Positions 1-12,557 of a stretch of 64,000 bases of DNA are shown here, piece by piece. The stretch's first letter is position 1. Each line of letters starts with the position of its first letter. The position numbers and the translations under genes are program-made. The notes under the pieces are model-generated. The model ran no database searches. It saw only the letters and a program-made list of their open reading frames with translations, and had not been told where the DNA came from. The DNA comes from Takakia lepidozioides (lineage: Eukaryota > Plantae > Bryophyta), in contig CM060731.1 in the NCBI GenBank assembly GCA_030704615.1, positions 65,162,001-65,226,000 on the forward strand, given 5' to 3'.

Positions 1-693
1 CTCTCTACACAGTGTGCTTGTATCGGATAAGAATCAGATTAATAAGAATCAGATACATGCTGATGCCACAGTTTCTCTAATCTACCTCTCTATGTAATTC
101 TCCAGCTTCTACTAACGAAGTCGCAATTGTCTTCTTCTCCCTTCTGCTGTGGTAACATCCTCCATGTACTCGCAAGCTCCCCTCTCTCTCTCTCTTAGGA
201 AAATAATCCCCCCCCCCCCCCTCCCCCAAGTGATCCAAGAAGTGATCCCCCAAGAAGTCCCCGCTTCCCATTTTTATCTCCTTCCCGCTGTTCTAACCGC
301 TTCCCTCACTAACCGTCATCCGTGAACTACATGTTCCCTTCGCAGATGTTGTTCCCCACAGTCGTTCCCTGTCATGATAAGCCTTCCCTATGTCTGTGAC
401 AGCTGTGTCAAGCTGTAACTGGCTGTGTGCATTGTGACGGGCTATGTATGGCTGTGACTGGCTGTGCAACTAAGTCGGGCTGTGACGGGCTGTGTATGGC
501 TGTGTGGCTGTGTCGGGCTGTGTTGGTTGTGTATGGCTGTGACTGTGTCGGGCTGTGTCGACTGTGACTGGCTGTGACTGCAAAATTTAAGGGTACCCCA
601 CAGATCCCTGTAAATGTGTTTAAGTCCCACAGATCCCCTGGTATTCCACAGATCCCATGTAAATGTGACCAAGTCCCAGACAGCCCTCTAACA
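1..693 (-). mobile_element. Partial LTR of Gypsy family A (5' or solo LTR; runs off window edge)
   Basis: The reverse complement starts TGTTAGAGGGCTGTCTGGGAC at 693, matching LTR starts at 15311 and 51656. It has the same CACAGC-type microsatellite and GACAGGGAACGACTGTGGGGAACAACA block. No PPT is adjacent. Confidence 0.85.
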
Positions 694-919
694 CTTGCAC
701 AGGCTTAGAGAAGAGACCTGCCCTTCAATTACGTCCTCATTACCCCCAGCCATACAAGGAGGGCATCCCCATATTTGTCTCTCATGTAAACCACAACAGG
801 TTCTAGAAACAGAATTGTGGATCTTTCATAACACACTCACACTCAAAAAATTCCATAGATTTTTAGCAGAGTCCAAAAAACTAAAACCAAGTCTAGATAG
901 GTAGATTTCCCCTTTGTAC

Positions 920-948
920 AAACCCTAAACCCTAAACCCTAAACCCTA
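920..948 (-). repeat. Interstitial plant telomeric repeat (AAACCCT)4
   Basis: aaaccctaaaccctaaaccctaaaccct is read directly. Confidence 0.9.
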
Positions 949-1075
949 CGTGGTATATTTTTCACCTAACTCATGTTTTACTGATTTTTCGGCAAAACTG
1001 ACGTAACGTTGGTTGCGTCAGCGTCAGGTCCGACGTGACGTGACATGATGTCACTGACGTGTGCAACCCTGGTTT

Positions 1076-1343
1076 TGATTGCTTGAGCTTGTGGGTCAAG
1101 TTAGCAAGTCAAGATTCTTGGGCTTTGATGAGTACTTCAAAGCACTTGATCCGATTTGCGGTTGTGCATTCGGCCAGGCTTGCATCAAGGACGGATTGGG
1201 CCTCGGGATCTCCTATTTGAAGTTTTGGATGACTCAGTCTAAAGGTGTTGGGTATGGAATTGCACTCGCAATTTTTGAAAGTATTTGGAAGTCTTTTCAT
1301 GCTCATGCCTAAGACTTTTGAATTCCTTGACCGATGTATGCAC
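1076..1343 (-). pseudogene. Fragment of Penelope-like element ORF1
   Basis: Near-identical to ~36250-36530 (HPKLQIGDPEAQSVLDASLAECTT...KAQES), with frameshifts. Confidence 0.8.
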
Positions 1344-1504
1344 GATTTCGAGGGCCTTTTTATTTCCAAAGCACCGGCGTATAGAGCCTTCCATTTGACG
1401 ACTGCGGGTATATGGTAAACGTGTCGGGTAAGCTAATTTAGCCCCGACTACACAGTTCCCCATATCATACGCCCGATGGTCGGAGATAAGGGACTTGGTT
1501 GATC

Positions 1505-1902
1505 CTCCCTCGAGTTCATCTTGAGCAATCAGAGGACTATGGGCATACGCAAGCCTCTACCGACTTAACCCTTCTCGTCGATGACCTTATCCGGTAATCC
1601 CTCCCATTCTTCCTTAGATGTATGAACCTCATTTTGAAGGTGGGGTATATAAGTTTTCCAACTAGGGGTTGAGACTTCACCTTATGTTTGTGAGTGCCTT
1701 GAGCGCATGCTTGTCCAAAGTGAGCATAATAATCTTCCAGCATCCCTTTAGGAACGATAGGCACACTTTGTATGCATTCGTCTTGGTTTCCATTGCATTT
1801 GTATTTGGGTCCGAACCGGCCCCCTTTAAAATGTACTCTGTCTTTTTCCAGTATTATTTATACTTTTTGTTACCTTTGCAAGCCTTTGTTCATAACCCTA
1901 AA
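1505..1902 (-). mobile_element. Inverted copy of the sequence upstream of Penelope-like ORF1
   Basis: Reverse complement of ~36662-37184, which has an extra ~120 bp. It ends in AACCCTAAAC. Confidence 0.75.
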
Positions 1903-3789
1903 CATGGTATTGTACACCTTCACTCGACACAGTACGGATGAGATATCCATAGATGAAGATGCATCCAATGTACCTTCATCCATCGACATCGAAGCCAAAT
2001 GGTGCCCGATCGACGCGTGTGATACCATTTTGGAATTCTACTTCCGACTTCTATAGTGTGCTAAAATTCAAAATCCCCAAAAGTTCAATTGCTAAAATCA
2101 AGGTTTCCAAGTCAACCCTAAACCTGAACTTCGCATGCCCATATCTCTGTATCGGATTCCGACTACACCATTGGATTCACAGTCATAAAAAATGGGGGCG
2201 GGGGGGGGGGGTCCAATCAAAATCCCCACAAAAAAAGTCGAAACCTGATATGATACCCTTGTAACCCTAATCCCTCCCTAAACCTTCAACCGAAACAGGA
2301 TGGGGGAGGTTGTGAATTATTGCGCAGTGCCAAATTATTGCATCAGGTTCACATAGTGCATCACAAGTTCTGCTTTGGATATTATTCCTCTGCTAATATT
2401 AACCATGCCCGTCTCTATAATACTTCTTAGGCAATTGTCTGGTAATTCAATTCTTTGTGAAAACGATAGCAAGCTGATTGGAGGCTGTGCATGTACATGG
2501 GAGAGCCATGTTGCTGCATACACGCACTCTTATGTTTTAGTCTTACCAGTTTTTGGATGCACACAAAAGGGCACCTTAAGCAAGTGATTCCTGAGCTTCG
2601 TCACTTGGAAGAGCAAAGCCAACGCCGCAATTCCAACTTCCTTACATACTTGGGAGTCTCTACTACCATGAAAAAATATGCATTCTGATTGAAAAAAACT
2701 CGTGTTTAAAGGTAGTCCATCATTTGTTCATTTTAGCAATTCAAAATTGGGGCCTATACATTACACCCGGAGCCAAGATATAAGATGAAAGCACACTGGA
2801 GTGTTCTTTTGTTAATACTAACAGCCTTTAAGAATATATCTCCAAGTCCAGTCTGGGGTAAGTATAGGAAAACACAATCTCCTGCACACATCGTCTCAAG
2901 GCTGGCCCCTGCCATACACCCAACATTGTCCAAGAGCATAATTCATATTGTGTTTCATGAGACACCCCCCTCATGCAAGAAGATTTTGGACGCCTGAACT
3001 AGTCTCTGTGCACATTGCTTTAAGGGAAGGTAGCTTGACTCAGACACATCCAACTCAGATGTGAAATGGGAAGTCTACCTCTTGCTTAGACTCCAAGTTC
3101 TGTTTTAGTTGCCTCCATTGGGTCACATTGATTTCTTCTTTGGTAGCTGATTTGCGCCTGCTTTCCTGCCACTTGTCGCGCATCTGGGCCCTAACAGCTT
3201 CACAATTGCAAGTGTAATTTATTTCAAAAGCTAATCCAACACCTTTCAACACAGGGTACACATAGATTTGGCAATGATGAGAAGTCCAAGGCACATCTAC
3301 CGCCCCACAGAAATGGTTGCATTGCTCAAGAACTCTTCCCTAAATTTTCCTAGAATAGATAACTCGCAACCTCTCGACAGATTTGGAAACATATTACACA
3401 CGACTCTTCATGATTCCCTGAACTTGTTAGTTAAGAGTCAAGACTTTTGTTTGCTGTACTTTTAGTACCTTTTCACAGTTCTATGTATTTCCTACCCGAA
3501 ATCTTTTGAGCTGACTGAATCAACATGAATCATAGTGTAAGCAAGGCAGGTTTAAATGATACATTCGTCCGGGACTAGCTCCAGTACTTTCTCGTAGTGA
3601 TCCTCTGGATTTAACAAGCTTTGATCTAAGAGTATCTTCTCCTCGGAGAACATCTTGAGCACTTCTGTATATGCTCGCCTGCAAACACAAGGTGGAGTCT
3701 TCGGACATTAGCCTCACACTTTGTTAAATAGAGGGGCATGGATTGGTCCGTGAGAGATTGATAAGCTAGATAAGTAGATGGAGGTGGAG

Positions 3790-3949
3790 GACTCGGTCTG
3801 CTCCCAGGCTTGAATTATGCTGTCCTCTTAGAAGGCTGCAGCACCACTACAGTCAATCAGTATACAGCTATAAACTGAGATATAGTGAAGAGACAAGTCA
3901 TCATCCTCACTGCTCCATGTCTGTAACGTAGACTTAAAAACCCAAGTTT
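3790..3949. repeat. Left arm of ~160-bp inverted repeat
   Basis: gactcggtctgctcccaggcttgaattatgc...aaaaacccaagttt is the reverse complement of ~5693-5853. Confidence 0.85.
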
Positions 3950-4168
3950 ACGCCAAACAAATGATCTCATTTGTCCATTGGCTGTTCGTCTTGTAAAAGT
4001 TATTCACTCCAGGAAAAACAACTATGTATTTGCCGACAAGTGCAGAAATTCAATGAAAGAATCATGTAACCTTAAGTGGATTGCTATGTTCATGGTTTCC
4101 CACAACTGAAGTAGCTACTGCTCAGTGATGGCTCCCCATACACTACAGACTTGACGTAAGAATCTTAC

Positions 4169-5202
4169 ATCAACATTGTAAACAACCCCTATGTCAATCT
4201 TGTGAGGGCACTTGTCCCTTATGGCCACCTCCATCCCAGCAGCATTGTGGAAGGACAAGTAACGCATATAGACGTCATGCTCCAAGGTGAACGAGAACTC
4301 CCTCCTCCCGAAAAAGGAGGGGTCGCACCTTGGAGGCTTTTCATCTGTAGACCCCACACATGCAAAATTGCAGCCCCTTCTCTCCTGAGGACAAGCCATC
4401 TCAAATCATTGCTTCAAATGTGAACGGTTGCTAAAAGTCACATCTCATAGTTATAGCAGGTGAAAGTGCGACTTGTAACAACTACAGTTCCATTACTAAA
4501 GTCATCCGCTCCACTTCAAATTCCTACAGGTCTCCGTATATGTTAAAAATAAATAAATAAAGAAACTTTGCCAAGTCCAGGGAAAGCTCAAAGAGCTAAT
4601 ACAAAAGAAAGTAGGGTACAAGACAAAATGCTGAACAAGGAGTCCAAATGCAGCCTCTCTAAGGTGGTAAACAAACAAAGAGAGACGACGAACTCCCGAG
4701 TCATTGACAAAGACCACATTGTTTGGGAATTTACCTTGTCCATATGACAACCACTTGTGCATCTCTACGTAAGGAAACAACCTTCATGGTAGCACATCAA
4801 ACACGTGAGCTCAATCTACGGGCCTGGAATGTGAAGGTACGAAAACATGCGATTCGCATCAACTTCAACAATATTGTCTGAATGAGGTGGCAAAGAGACC
4901 TAGCAGCTCAAAATGGCAGACCGGGCAGATCACCAGACGCATTGTGCGTGTACACACGCTAAATTCATGTGGAGTCGACCGATGAGATTATGACCAGACA
5001 AACCAATATGGAAGAAGACATAAACTAGGTCCTGCAATTCATATTGTCAGGCCATCCAAGACTTACCATAATAAAGTCGCAGATAGTCAGGGCTAAATCC
5101 TTCACACAGCTGGAGGGTTTCTGCAGTGTTTTTATTCGCATCATCGTTCTCGTCAAACTCCGCGCGGTCCTCATCTATGGGCTCCGGGGGTTGTTCTCCC
5201 AT
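4169..5202 (-). pseudogene. PRIM1: DNA primase small subunit, first three exons only
   Basis: Exon 1 5202-5067 (MGEQPPE...GFSPDYLRLYYG, GTAAG donor). Exon 2 ~4786-4735 (LFPYVEMHKWLSYG). Exon 3 4344-4169 (FFGRREFSFTL..DVYMRYLSF...CPHKIDIG.VYNVD, GTAAG donor). The exon 2 acceptor looks mutated (CAT instead of CAG). The downstream catalytic ELxFDID exon was not seen. Confidence 0.8.
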
Positions 5203-5692
5203 GGTCCTCGATTCAAGTGAACACAAAAGACTCTAGAGATAAGGAAAATGAAGGTACATTTAAGCTACCGTCCAGTCCCTCACAGACTGGTGAACAATGT
5301 TGTGTACTCTGCAACTACATTCACAGCAAACAGCAGACTAGATTTACAGAGACATTCTCAAAATCCTCCTCGGAGCTCCAGTGTAACACGCAATGGACCC
5401 CTTTCTCACAAGCGGACCAAGAAGAAAGGAAGAGCGCCAAGAGAGGATGAAAAAAGTGGGAAAGGATTGTTGGCTGTGGAGGCTTCCTTGAGCTCACTCT
5501 ATCATCCATATGGACACATCCATTTTTTTTTTAATAGAAAAGAGATATTCTTGGCTTACATGCTTAAGTTGGAAAAAGACTTTTTCTTTTCTAGAAAAAG
5601 ACCTTTTCTCGGCTAAAAGATACTTTTAGTTGTCTTTTTATCTTATGCACTTTTTGAGACATCACTTATTTGACAGTATAAGGTTTGCATTT

Positions 5693-5853
5693 GAAACTTG
5701 GGTTTTTAAGTCTTCATTACAGACATGGAGTAGTGAGGATGATGACTTGTCTCTTCACTACATCTCAGTTTATGGCTGCATACTGATTGACTGTAGTGGT
5801 GCTGCAGCCTGCTAAGAGGACAGCATAATTCAAGCCTGGGAGCAGACCGAGTC
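5693..5853. repeat. Right arm of ~160-bp inverted repeat
   Basis: Reverse complement of ~3790-3949. Confidence 0.85.
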
Positions 5854-5949
5854 TTCTCTCCTGTGGAGAGGGAGCTTGTTTCTGACATTGTGAGTTTCTG
5901 GCCCTGATCTGAAAGTTCTATGTGCATGTGACAGAAATATATCAACAAA

Positions 5950-6069
5950 AAAAGCATATGAGAAGACTCGTAGGAACGGGACACCGCCCCCACACCCGTC
6001 AGTAGCAAGATTCGACCCCAGAATCGTCTCGGTCGCACTTAGTGCACTTAGCCAACTGAGCTACCGACT
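5950..6069 (-). mobile_element. tRNA-derived SINE-like element or tRNA pseudogene
   Basis: The minus strand has box A (TAGCTCAGTTGG) and a box-B-like GGGTCGAATC. GTCGGTA/TACTGAC can pair. A non-tRNA tail and T-run follow. The anticodon arm does not fold cleanly. Confidence 0.5.
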
Positions 6070-6722
6070 GTTGGTTTTTAATTTCCGAATGGTAAATCAC
6101 AAAAAATCAAAAGTGATCACGGAAATCACTGCAGAGAAGCCAACGTCAACACACACAAGGAATCTGATACTCAGAGTGCCTGCACATCTTCCAATGACAT
6201 GAAAAACTCTGGTCTACAACTCCTAGTAGAAGTCTATCTTATCACTATTTGGTTCACTTGACTCACCGCCAAGTGTAGCCAAAACAAAACTTCAAGAATA
6301 TTCACACCTAATCTCGATTCTCAATGGCACCTGATGCCCAGTGCACTACAACACACAACCACGCCTTGGTGTTGAACCAATTGACCTGCCGACTCCCCTG
6401 GAAACAAAATTATTCTGGAATATCCTGCAAACATGTCACACCATCGTATCATGCAGTGTAACACAAAGCTGATGAACTCATTGATTGGTTCATGAAAACA
6501 TACTTGTCATTAATTTGTGTCCCTTTTTCACAGGTTCTTGAAGTTGGTCCATGGTTGAATACAGAAGCAGTCTAACTTAGTAGTATACTTCTATAGCGTG
6601 GAAAGGTGTGACAGCAACAAGAGAATATAGAAATGTCACCAAACACAAAAAAAAATAGAGCCAGTATCCCAATGAATCTCACCTTCTCAATACTCCATGA
6701 GCCATCACAAAATTTGTCCCCG

Positions 6723-9577
6723 TCACTCCTTGATAGAACGTAAGAAATCACATAACACGCGGTCAAACAAATCCTCCGCTTCTACCTGTCCAATATAGCC
6801 AATTAAACGATTATCTTGGCATTCAGATTGGAGTTTAGCTGGCTTCTTTGCAGGATAGGCAACTACCAAGCTGATGCAACCATCTTTGCATGCGGCAAGC
6901 ACCCTCGTTTTGGACTCGGAACTATTCTTGTACATCTGTTCCGGATCTGTAGTTGCCACTACTCTAGCCCACTGCACCTCAGATCGCAGCTTCAGTTGAC
7001 AGAAGACAGGAATCTTCAAATTCCCAAGTCTCACAACAAAAAGAACATCAGCTCCAGATCTGTCGTCAAAAATGAGGCATGGCGGACGAAATTTCTCTTC
7101 AGCATCAAGAAATTTACTTACGGTGTGGATCCTATATGACTCCATCCACACTCCTTCACCTTCACCGGTAATCGTTGGCTTGTCCCTTGCGAATTTTGGA
7201 GGCAGGGTTGCATCCTTGAAACAGCACATATCGGCCAACAATTTTGTGCCGTCAAACAGCTTGGCCACATGAACTGTGAAAAGTTTCTCCCATGCCCTAC
7301 CCATTGCACTGGGATCATCCTTGCAATCAACCATGTAGTCTTTAAGTGATTTCTCAAATGAATGGTTGATCGTCAAATAGTTCATGATGCTATGATGGAC
7401 TGTCGGTTCGACTATAGAGAAAGTGAATTGGGAACCTGTTGAATGGTGTAGCTGTCCAAGGCCACACTCGAGCAAAGTCATATCTCCGTCCGTTGAAATG
7501 GTATGTTCTCCCCTCCCTGCATAGGCAAAGGAGGTTCCTATTCTTTGCACCAAGGAAGCACCATTGAATGATTCTTCTTTCAGGACAAATGTGCCTTTTG
7601 CTCCACACAGAGCGCTCACAGCATAATAAATGGAAGTGCTGTCATTGGTGTTGCTTGTGATCTCCTTGAAATAGTTGTCTACTACCGTTATATCCCATCT
7701 TCCTCCAGCCTTCCTCAGAAGGCGCTCGACACAACTTACCAAACACCTTCGACGGCCTCTGAACTTTTCCAGCAGATACTGGGCATTGTCCTCCATATGA
7801 TCATCCTCTAGCTTCAGGTACTCGCTGCAGAATTTCAGAACCTGACGCACATCTGTCCATGAAGAAAATGGAGCAGAAGAAAATTGAACCGGGCCACCAC
7901 CCCCTTCTTTTGCAATCAGCGAACCTATGTCCTCTTCCAGCTTCAAAAAGCTGACACGAACCTATGTCCTCTTCCAGCTTCAAAAAGCTGACACCTGTAC
8001 CAGCCAAATACTTTCTGCTTTGGCAACGCCGTAGATGGCCCCACTAGGGCTTTGATCAACGGAGAAAAAACGGACCTTAGCTCTTTCGTCTCGGGGGATT
8101 CATAGTCATTTACATTTTTCCTTCCCAACACCTGCGCTTCATCCAGAACTACAGTGAAAGTGCCAACCTTCCCCTCTAAATCCGTCCACAGTTTTTCTAT
8201 CCTAGCATTTAGCCCCTCTGAATCTTCCAGGGAAGTAACCACGTTAAAAAGTTTCCGAGTAAGCACATCATATAGATCGTTACGATCTGCACCAAGGAAA
8301 GCACGAAATTGCACCTGGAGCATGAGCCATTGCAGAGGACTCAAATCAGGAATTTCTTGGTGACAAAATTCCAAGATTAACAACCTTGAAAGAATGGCAC
8401 ACCTCATACGTTTCATCACATTCCTGTGATTCATTGCCTTATCGACCTCTATCTCGTGAGCACTCACAGAGGCGACATCATCTGACCCACCGTTTCCTTT
8501 GCTTTTAGCTGTCCAAAAAAAACCCCACTTCTCTGCAAGCAGCTCGTAAAGAAACCGAGTTTTCCCACTCCCACTCACTCCAACAACTGGCACAACACCA
8601 GTCGAGCCATCATTCGCTCGTTCCCACAAATCACCAACATCTTCAGTCCAACGAGCAGTTAATTTATCCAGTAAAATGCTTGGATAACCACGGTGGTCGA
8701 GTGGCACACCGTTCTGTATAGACAAATTGCACCCCATCTTTTTGAACGTGTCCAAAAACTCAGAAAATTTCAATTTCCATTCTTGCATAACCACCTTCAC
8801 TGATTCTGTAAGCAAAACCCACACACTTTCCGTCACTCCTGACAGATCCATGTATCTGAAGAAAAATAAGAGCATCCTATCTTGCAAATAATTGAACAAT
8901 ACAAAAGATACACCAACAAAGCCTATGACCAAAGAAAATGCAAAGAGAAGGGGAACATGGAAAGGAAGGCCAAGTAACAGAGTAACTCTACCTGAAAACC
9001 CGTGTCCAGAGGTTTTCAATCTCTTCGCAGATCTCTCTCCCCCTGCAAATATGTCAGATTTTGTCAAATTTCAAAAGATCTGCATTCATCCAAACTCTTA
9101 CCATGGAATTACTGATGAAACTGCTGTTGTATGGCAGCATCCTGTAAAGTGCCCACAAAGGTTCACGGCCAGACAATTCCAAGAAGCAGTGCAATGCATG
9201 TAATCCTTGTGAAAACCCTTATTCCAAAACGAGTGTGTCGGCAACCAGAATTCCACATACAAATAATAAACAACCGTGAATAAGAATGGAGCAAAAAGAC
9301 ATCTATCCAATAAAGCGGCAAAGAGTCTACAAAAACCTATCCAATAAAGCAGCTAGGAGTGAAACATACCAGGAGCAGGAGCAGGAGCTCGTAGGAATGC
9401 GTGCTTCAGGGTTGAGACAATCACATCATGTGCCAAACATTGGGGGAAGTAAACCTCTGGGTCCCCACCCTCACGCTGAAAGCTAATAAGACCCGCATGT
9501 ATAACGCCCATTTCCTCATTATCAAGCCCACGCAGTCTCGATAATTTCTCCTGCCAGCTGCCTCCACCCTGCGCCAT
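6723..9577 (-). pseudogene. Crinkler/RHS-like P-loop NTPase + PD-(D/E)xK nuclease gene, frameshifted
   Basis: Walker A GVSGSGKT, Walker B VVLDEAQ, and C-terminal nuclease-like GADVLF...FCQLK. Probable short 5' exons start at 9577. A frameshift lies near 8008 and a perfect 37-bp tandem duplication at 7921-7994. Confidence 0.7.
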
Positions 9578-10251
9578 GTTGTCCAGGCTGACTGATGAAG
9601 GCCCCGGGAGAGCCACCGATGAAGTCAAACCCCAAAACCCTAAATCGCCCCACAGCCCCATTCAATCAAAGGCCAGTCACAATGCTATTGCAATCTACAC
9701 CACATAATTCTCTCTTTGTTACTAAGCTAGAAATTGGTCTATATGGCCATGGTGTCTCTCTGTCTTCTTCGACCTTCCAGTCCACTGACACGCTCCACTT
9801 ATTCTCTTGGTCATGCACCGGTTGTTGCTAATCCAGAACTCTATAAAACGCATCGCTTCCATATCCACATCTCTTGCCCGTAGTGTTCACAAAAGGCAGT
9901 AGCGCGGATGCAATATGAGTCTCCACGATAGGTTTAGCCAGCCCCAAGCGCCATGTTTAATTTAAGCTAACCGCTCTGCTTTAGCCTAAGCTTTTCGCAA
10001 GACAGTGCAGCATGCAAATTGGCAAAACCGCAAATGACATCGCAGTTGGGCCATGTCACAGGAGCTGGCCGAGCACCGTGAATCAGCTCAACCCACCCCA
10101 ATCAGCTGCTTTCCATCCATCTACATACATTCCATCTACTTACGGGCAAAACTTTATTATACATCCAAGTTCTTGGGTTCATACATCCATTGAGACTCCC
10201 ATGGACAACGAGGAGATAGATGATTCATGGGCTCCTTTAATATAATTGACT

Positions 10252-11805
10252 CTATTGTAACTTAGCACGAACTAAATAGGAACGTAAATTCCTTGTTTTT
10301 TTCCAACAAACCATAGGTCTGTCAAAGGACACTAACTGCGGAACTTTCAAAAAGCCCACATGAAGTTTAGGGTTTAGGACTCCCTCAAAGCTTAGAGCTT
10401 GAGTATAACGCGAATGCTCAAGTTTCAAAACCAACGGGGCCCGCTTGCCCGTCAACTTACGAGTGGATTCTGAAGCTAACAGTGTAGCACGTTGTCCGTA
10501 GTCACATAGACTAAAACACTCTAAGATAAAAGACTTTGGATAGCCTCGAGCACGCAGTCGTTCATAGAACAGTCGTCTGATATCTGAAAAACCTGCACAT
10601 GTGCTTTCTCTCAAAGTGTATCGGCGTAGCTCACCAATGATGAATGCTCATTTTTGGTGTCGCGGATTACAGGACGTCCATGGCAAGTACTGATATCTGT
10701 TGAGTGCCTTCTGATGACATCTCAAAGATAGAATCCCACTATTGACAAAATCAGCTCCCTTGAAGAATTGAATATCAAGAATGTCAACAGTAGAGTCAGA
10801 GATCACCCTTTGAATGCGAATTGTGGGACTGAGAGAGTTATATCGATCGAGCCAAGTCTCCAAACTTGCCCGAGATCCTTCCCAAATTCCAAATCCGTCA
10901 TCGATGTATCTCTTGTAGTACAAAGGCCATATACCTCTTGCTGCGCAAGCCAACTCTCTTTCTAAGCTGCAAAGAAAGAGACAAGCATACACAACAGCAA
11001 AATTGCTACCCACTGCAGTGCCTCGGATTTGATGCCAATAGCTCGAGCCAAATTGAAGATAGTTGTTCTCCAAGACCATGTGAGAAAGACTCATGACGAG
11101 TCTTCTTCAAACCGGGGTGACTTGAGCTTGCCGGTAATCATGTCCTTCAATCGTCGAAGCCTGTCCCCAGTAGGAATGCTAGGGTACAATGACTCCACAT
11201 CAAAGGTGAATAGAAGCACATCTCGAGGAAGTTGTCTACTCGACAGATCTTTCAACAAAGAAATTGAATCTATCAAATGATTACGTTCCTGAAGCAAAAT
11301 AGGAAACAAATGGTAATGTAACCACTTGGATGCGTGCTCAAAAATGTACCCATTGTACGAACAAATTGGTCTCCCAACCACCACAGGTTTGTGCATTTTG
11401 GGCACAAGATAGAACATGCAGGGTCGATAGCCCCCTTGGGGCTTGAAAGCCAAAAAATCCTTTTCCTGCTTGTCGATTAATCCCCGCATAAAAGCAGAAG
11501 TGAGCACTGCATCCAAATCATAAATGAGATTGTCCCATGGAATCTTTGCCACAGATTCATAAACCTGTCCATCGTGGAGTTGGCGGTGTGCCTCATCCAT
11601 ATACCAATCCTTACGCATGATCACCAACCCAAGATTTTTTGTCCGCGGGATTGATGACGATGGAGTCATCTGTAGTCAGAACACGCATTGCGGTCTTGAG
11701 ATGATCTCAAATAGAGGACTTGAAGGCAGAGCGAGCCACATCCTTGAAGCGAGCCTTTACAATGTCGCGACCGTCTGCAATGATACTTTCTAAAGCAGGA
11801 AGCCG
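10252..11805 (-). mobile_element. Penelope-like retroelement RT (copy P1), endonuclease-less, degenerate
   Basis: KNLGLVIM, FYLVPKMHKP..GRPI, FDVESLYPSIP, QIRGTAVGSNFA, YKRYIDDGF. The ORF stops at NLRSYLVRAKLQ* with no GIY-YIG after it. Confidence 0.88.
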
Positions 11806-12220
11806 TACACAATTTGGGAGTGTTCTTCTTCGAGACCACGAGTAGGCATATTTTTCAACAAACTGGATCACACTCCTACCTTTGTGGAGGCTGCTCAAAA
11901 GTTACTGGACAATTCTTTCATACAATACAAGAAGGATTTTAAGAGATTGCAACGTCTCAAAGCAACTGTCGACAGTATATTAAAATCCTTCGACAGTACA
12001 TAAGCTGGCGGTGAGGCTCATTGTACTTCACTCTCTTAGAAGGAGATCTAACATGCAACACTCGAAAAGGAGTTTAAAACATGCACTACAATAGACACAA
12101 AGCAAATGAATGCAATGAACCATGCAGAAGATCAAATCTAAAACTCAACAACAACAACAACGCCGCCAATGAGACAAAGAGACAAAAACACAAGATGCAG
12201 CAAAGCGAATCTCTATAATC

Positions 12221-12260
12221 CCCAAACTAGTTTCGCTTAGCGCGTGAGCTCATCAGTGGG
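12221..12260 (-). ncRNA. Minimal type-I hammerhead ribozyme motif (copy 1)
   Basis: Minus strand CCCA-CUGAUGA-GCUCA-CGCGC-UAAGC-GAAA-CUAG-UU/UGGG. Both core boxes are intact, stem I is CCCA/UGGG, stem III is a palindromic CUAG, and stem II has one mismatch. Confidence 0.8.
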
Positions 12261-12299
12261 AAAGAGAAGGAAAAGAGATACAATGTGCACCCCTCACCC

Positions 12300-12312
12300 C
12301 GCTTATATACTG
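12300..12312 (-). promoter_or_regulatory. TATA box upstream of hammerhead 1
   Basis: Minus strand AGTATATAAGCGGGG, conserved at ~13944-13955 upstream of hammerhead 2. Upstream of it are ~60-bp repeats with GATGAAAAACATCC (12355-12520). Confidence 0.5.
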
Positions 12313-12557
12313 CGGAAGGTGAACTTGTCTGGGGGGGAGAGAGAAAATACCTAATGGATGGAAAACATCCAAAATTGTCTTGGCTGGAGAGATCGTCCAA
12401 CACATGAAAACTTAGATGAAAAACATCCAAAGTTTTCTCGGCAGGGGAGAAATATCCAACGCATGAAACTCTAGATGAAAAACATCCTAATGTTCTCTCC
12501 AAAATGGATAAACATCCAAACTAGAAGCTAACTGCATGTCTCAAATACAACTAGCCT

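Noticed and set aside
2335-3720. Cluster of short ORFs
   Set aside because: No recognisable motifs and no evidence for the missing primase exons. Left unannotated.
5995-6069. Functional tRNA gene
   Set aside because: The anticodon and T stems do not pair properly. It is treated as SINE-like.
9590-9630. CTGATGA possible hammerhead core (also at ~6469, ~9112, ~51436)
   Set aside because: There is no paired stem II followed by GAAA and a cleavage triplet.
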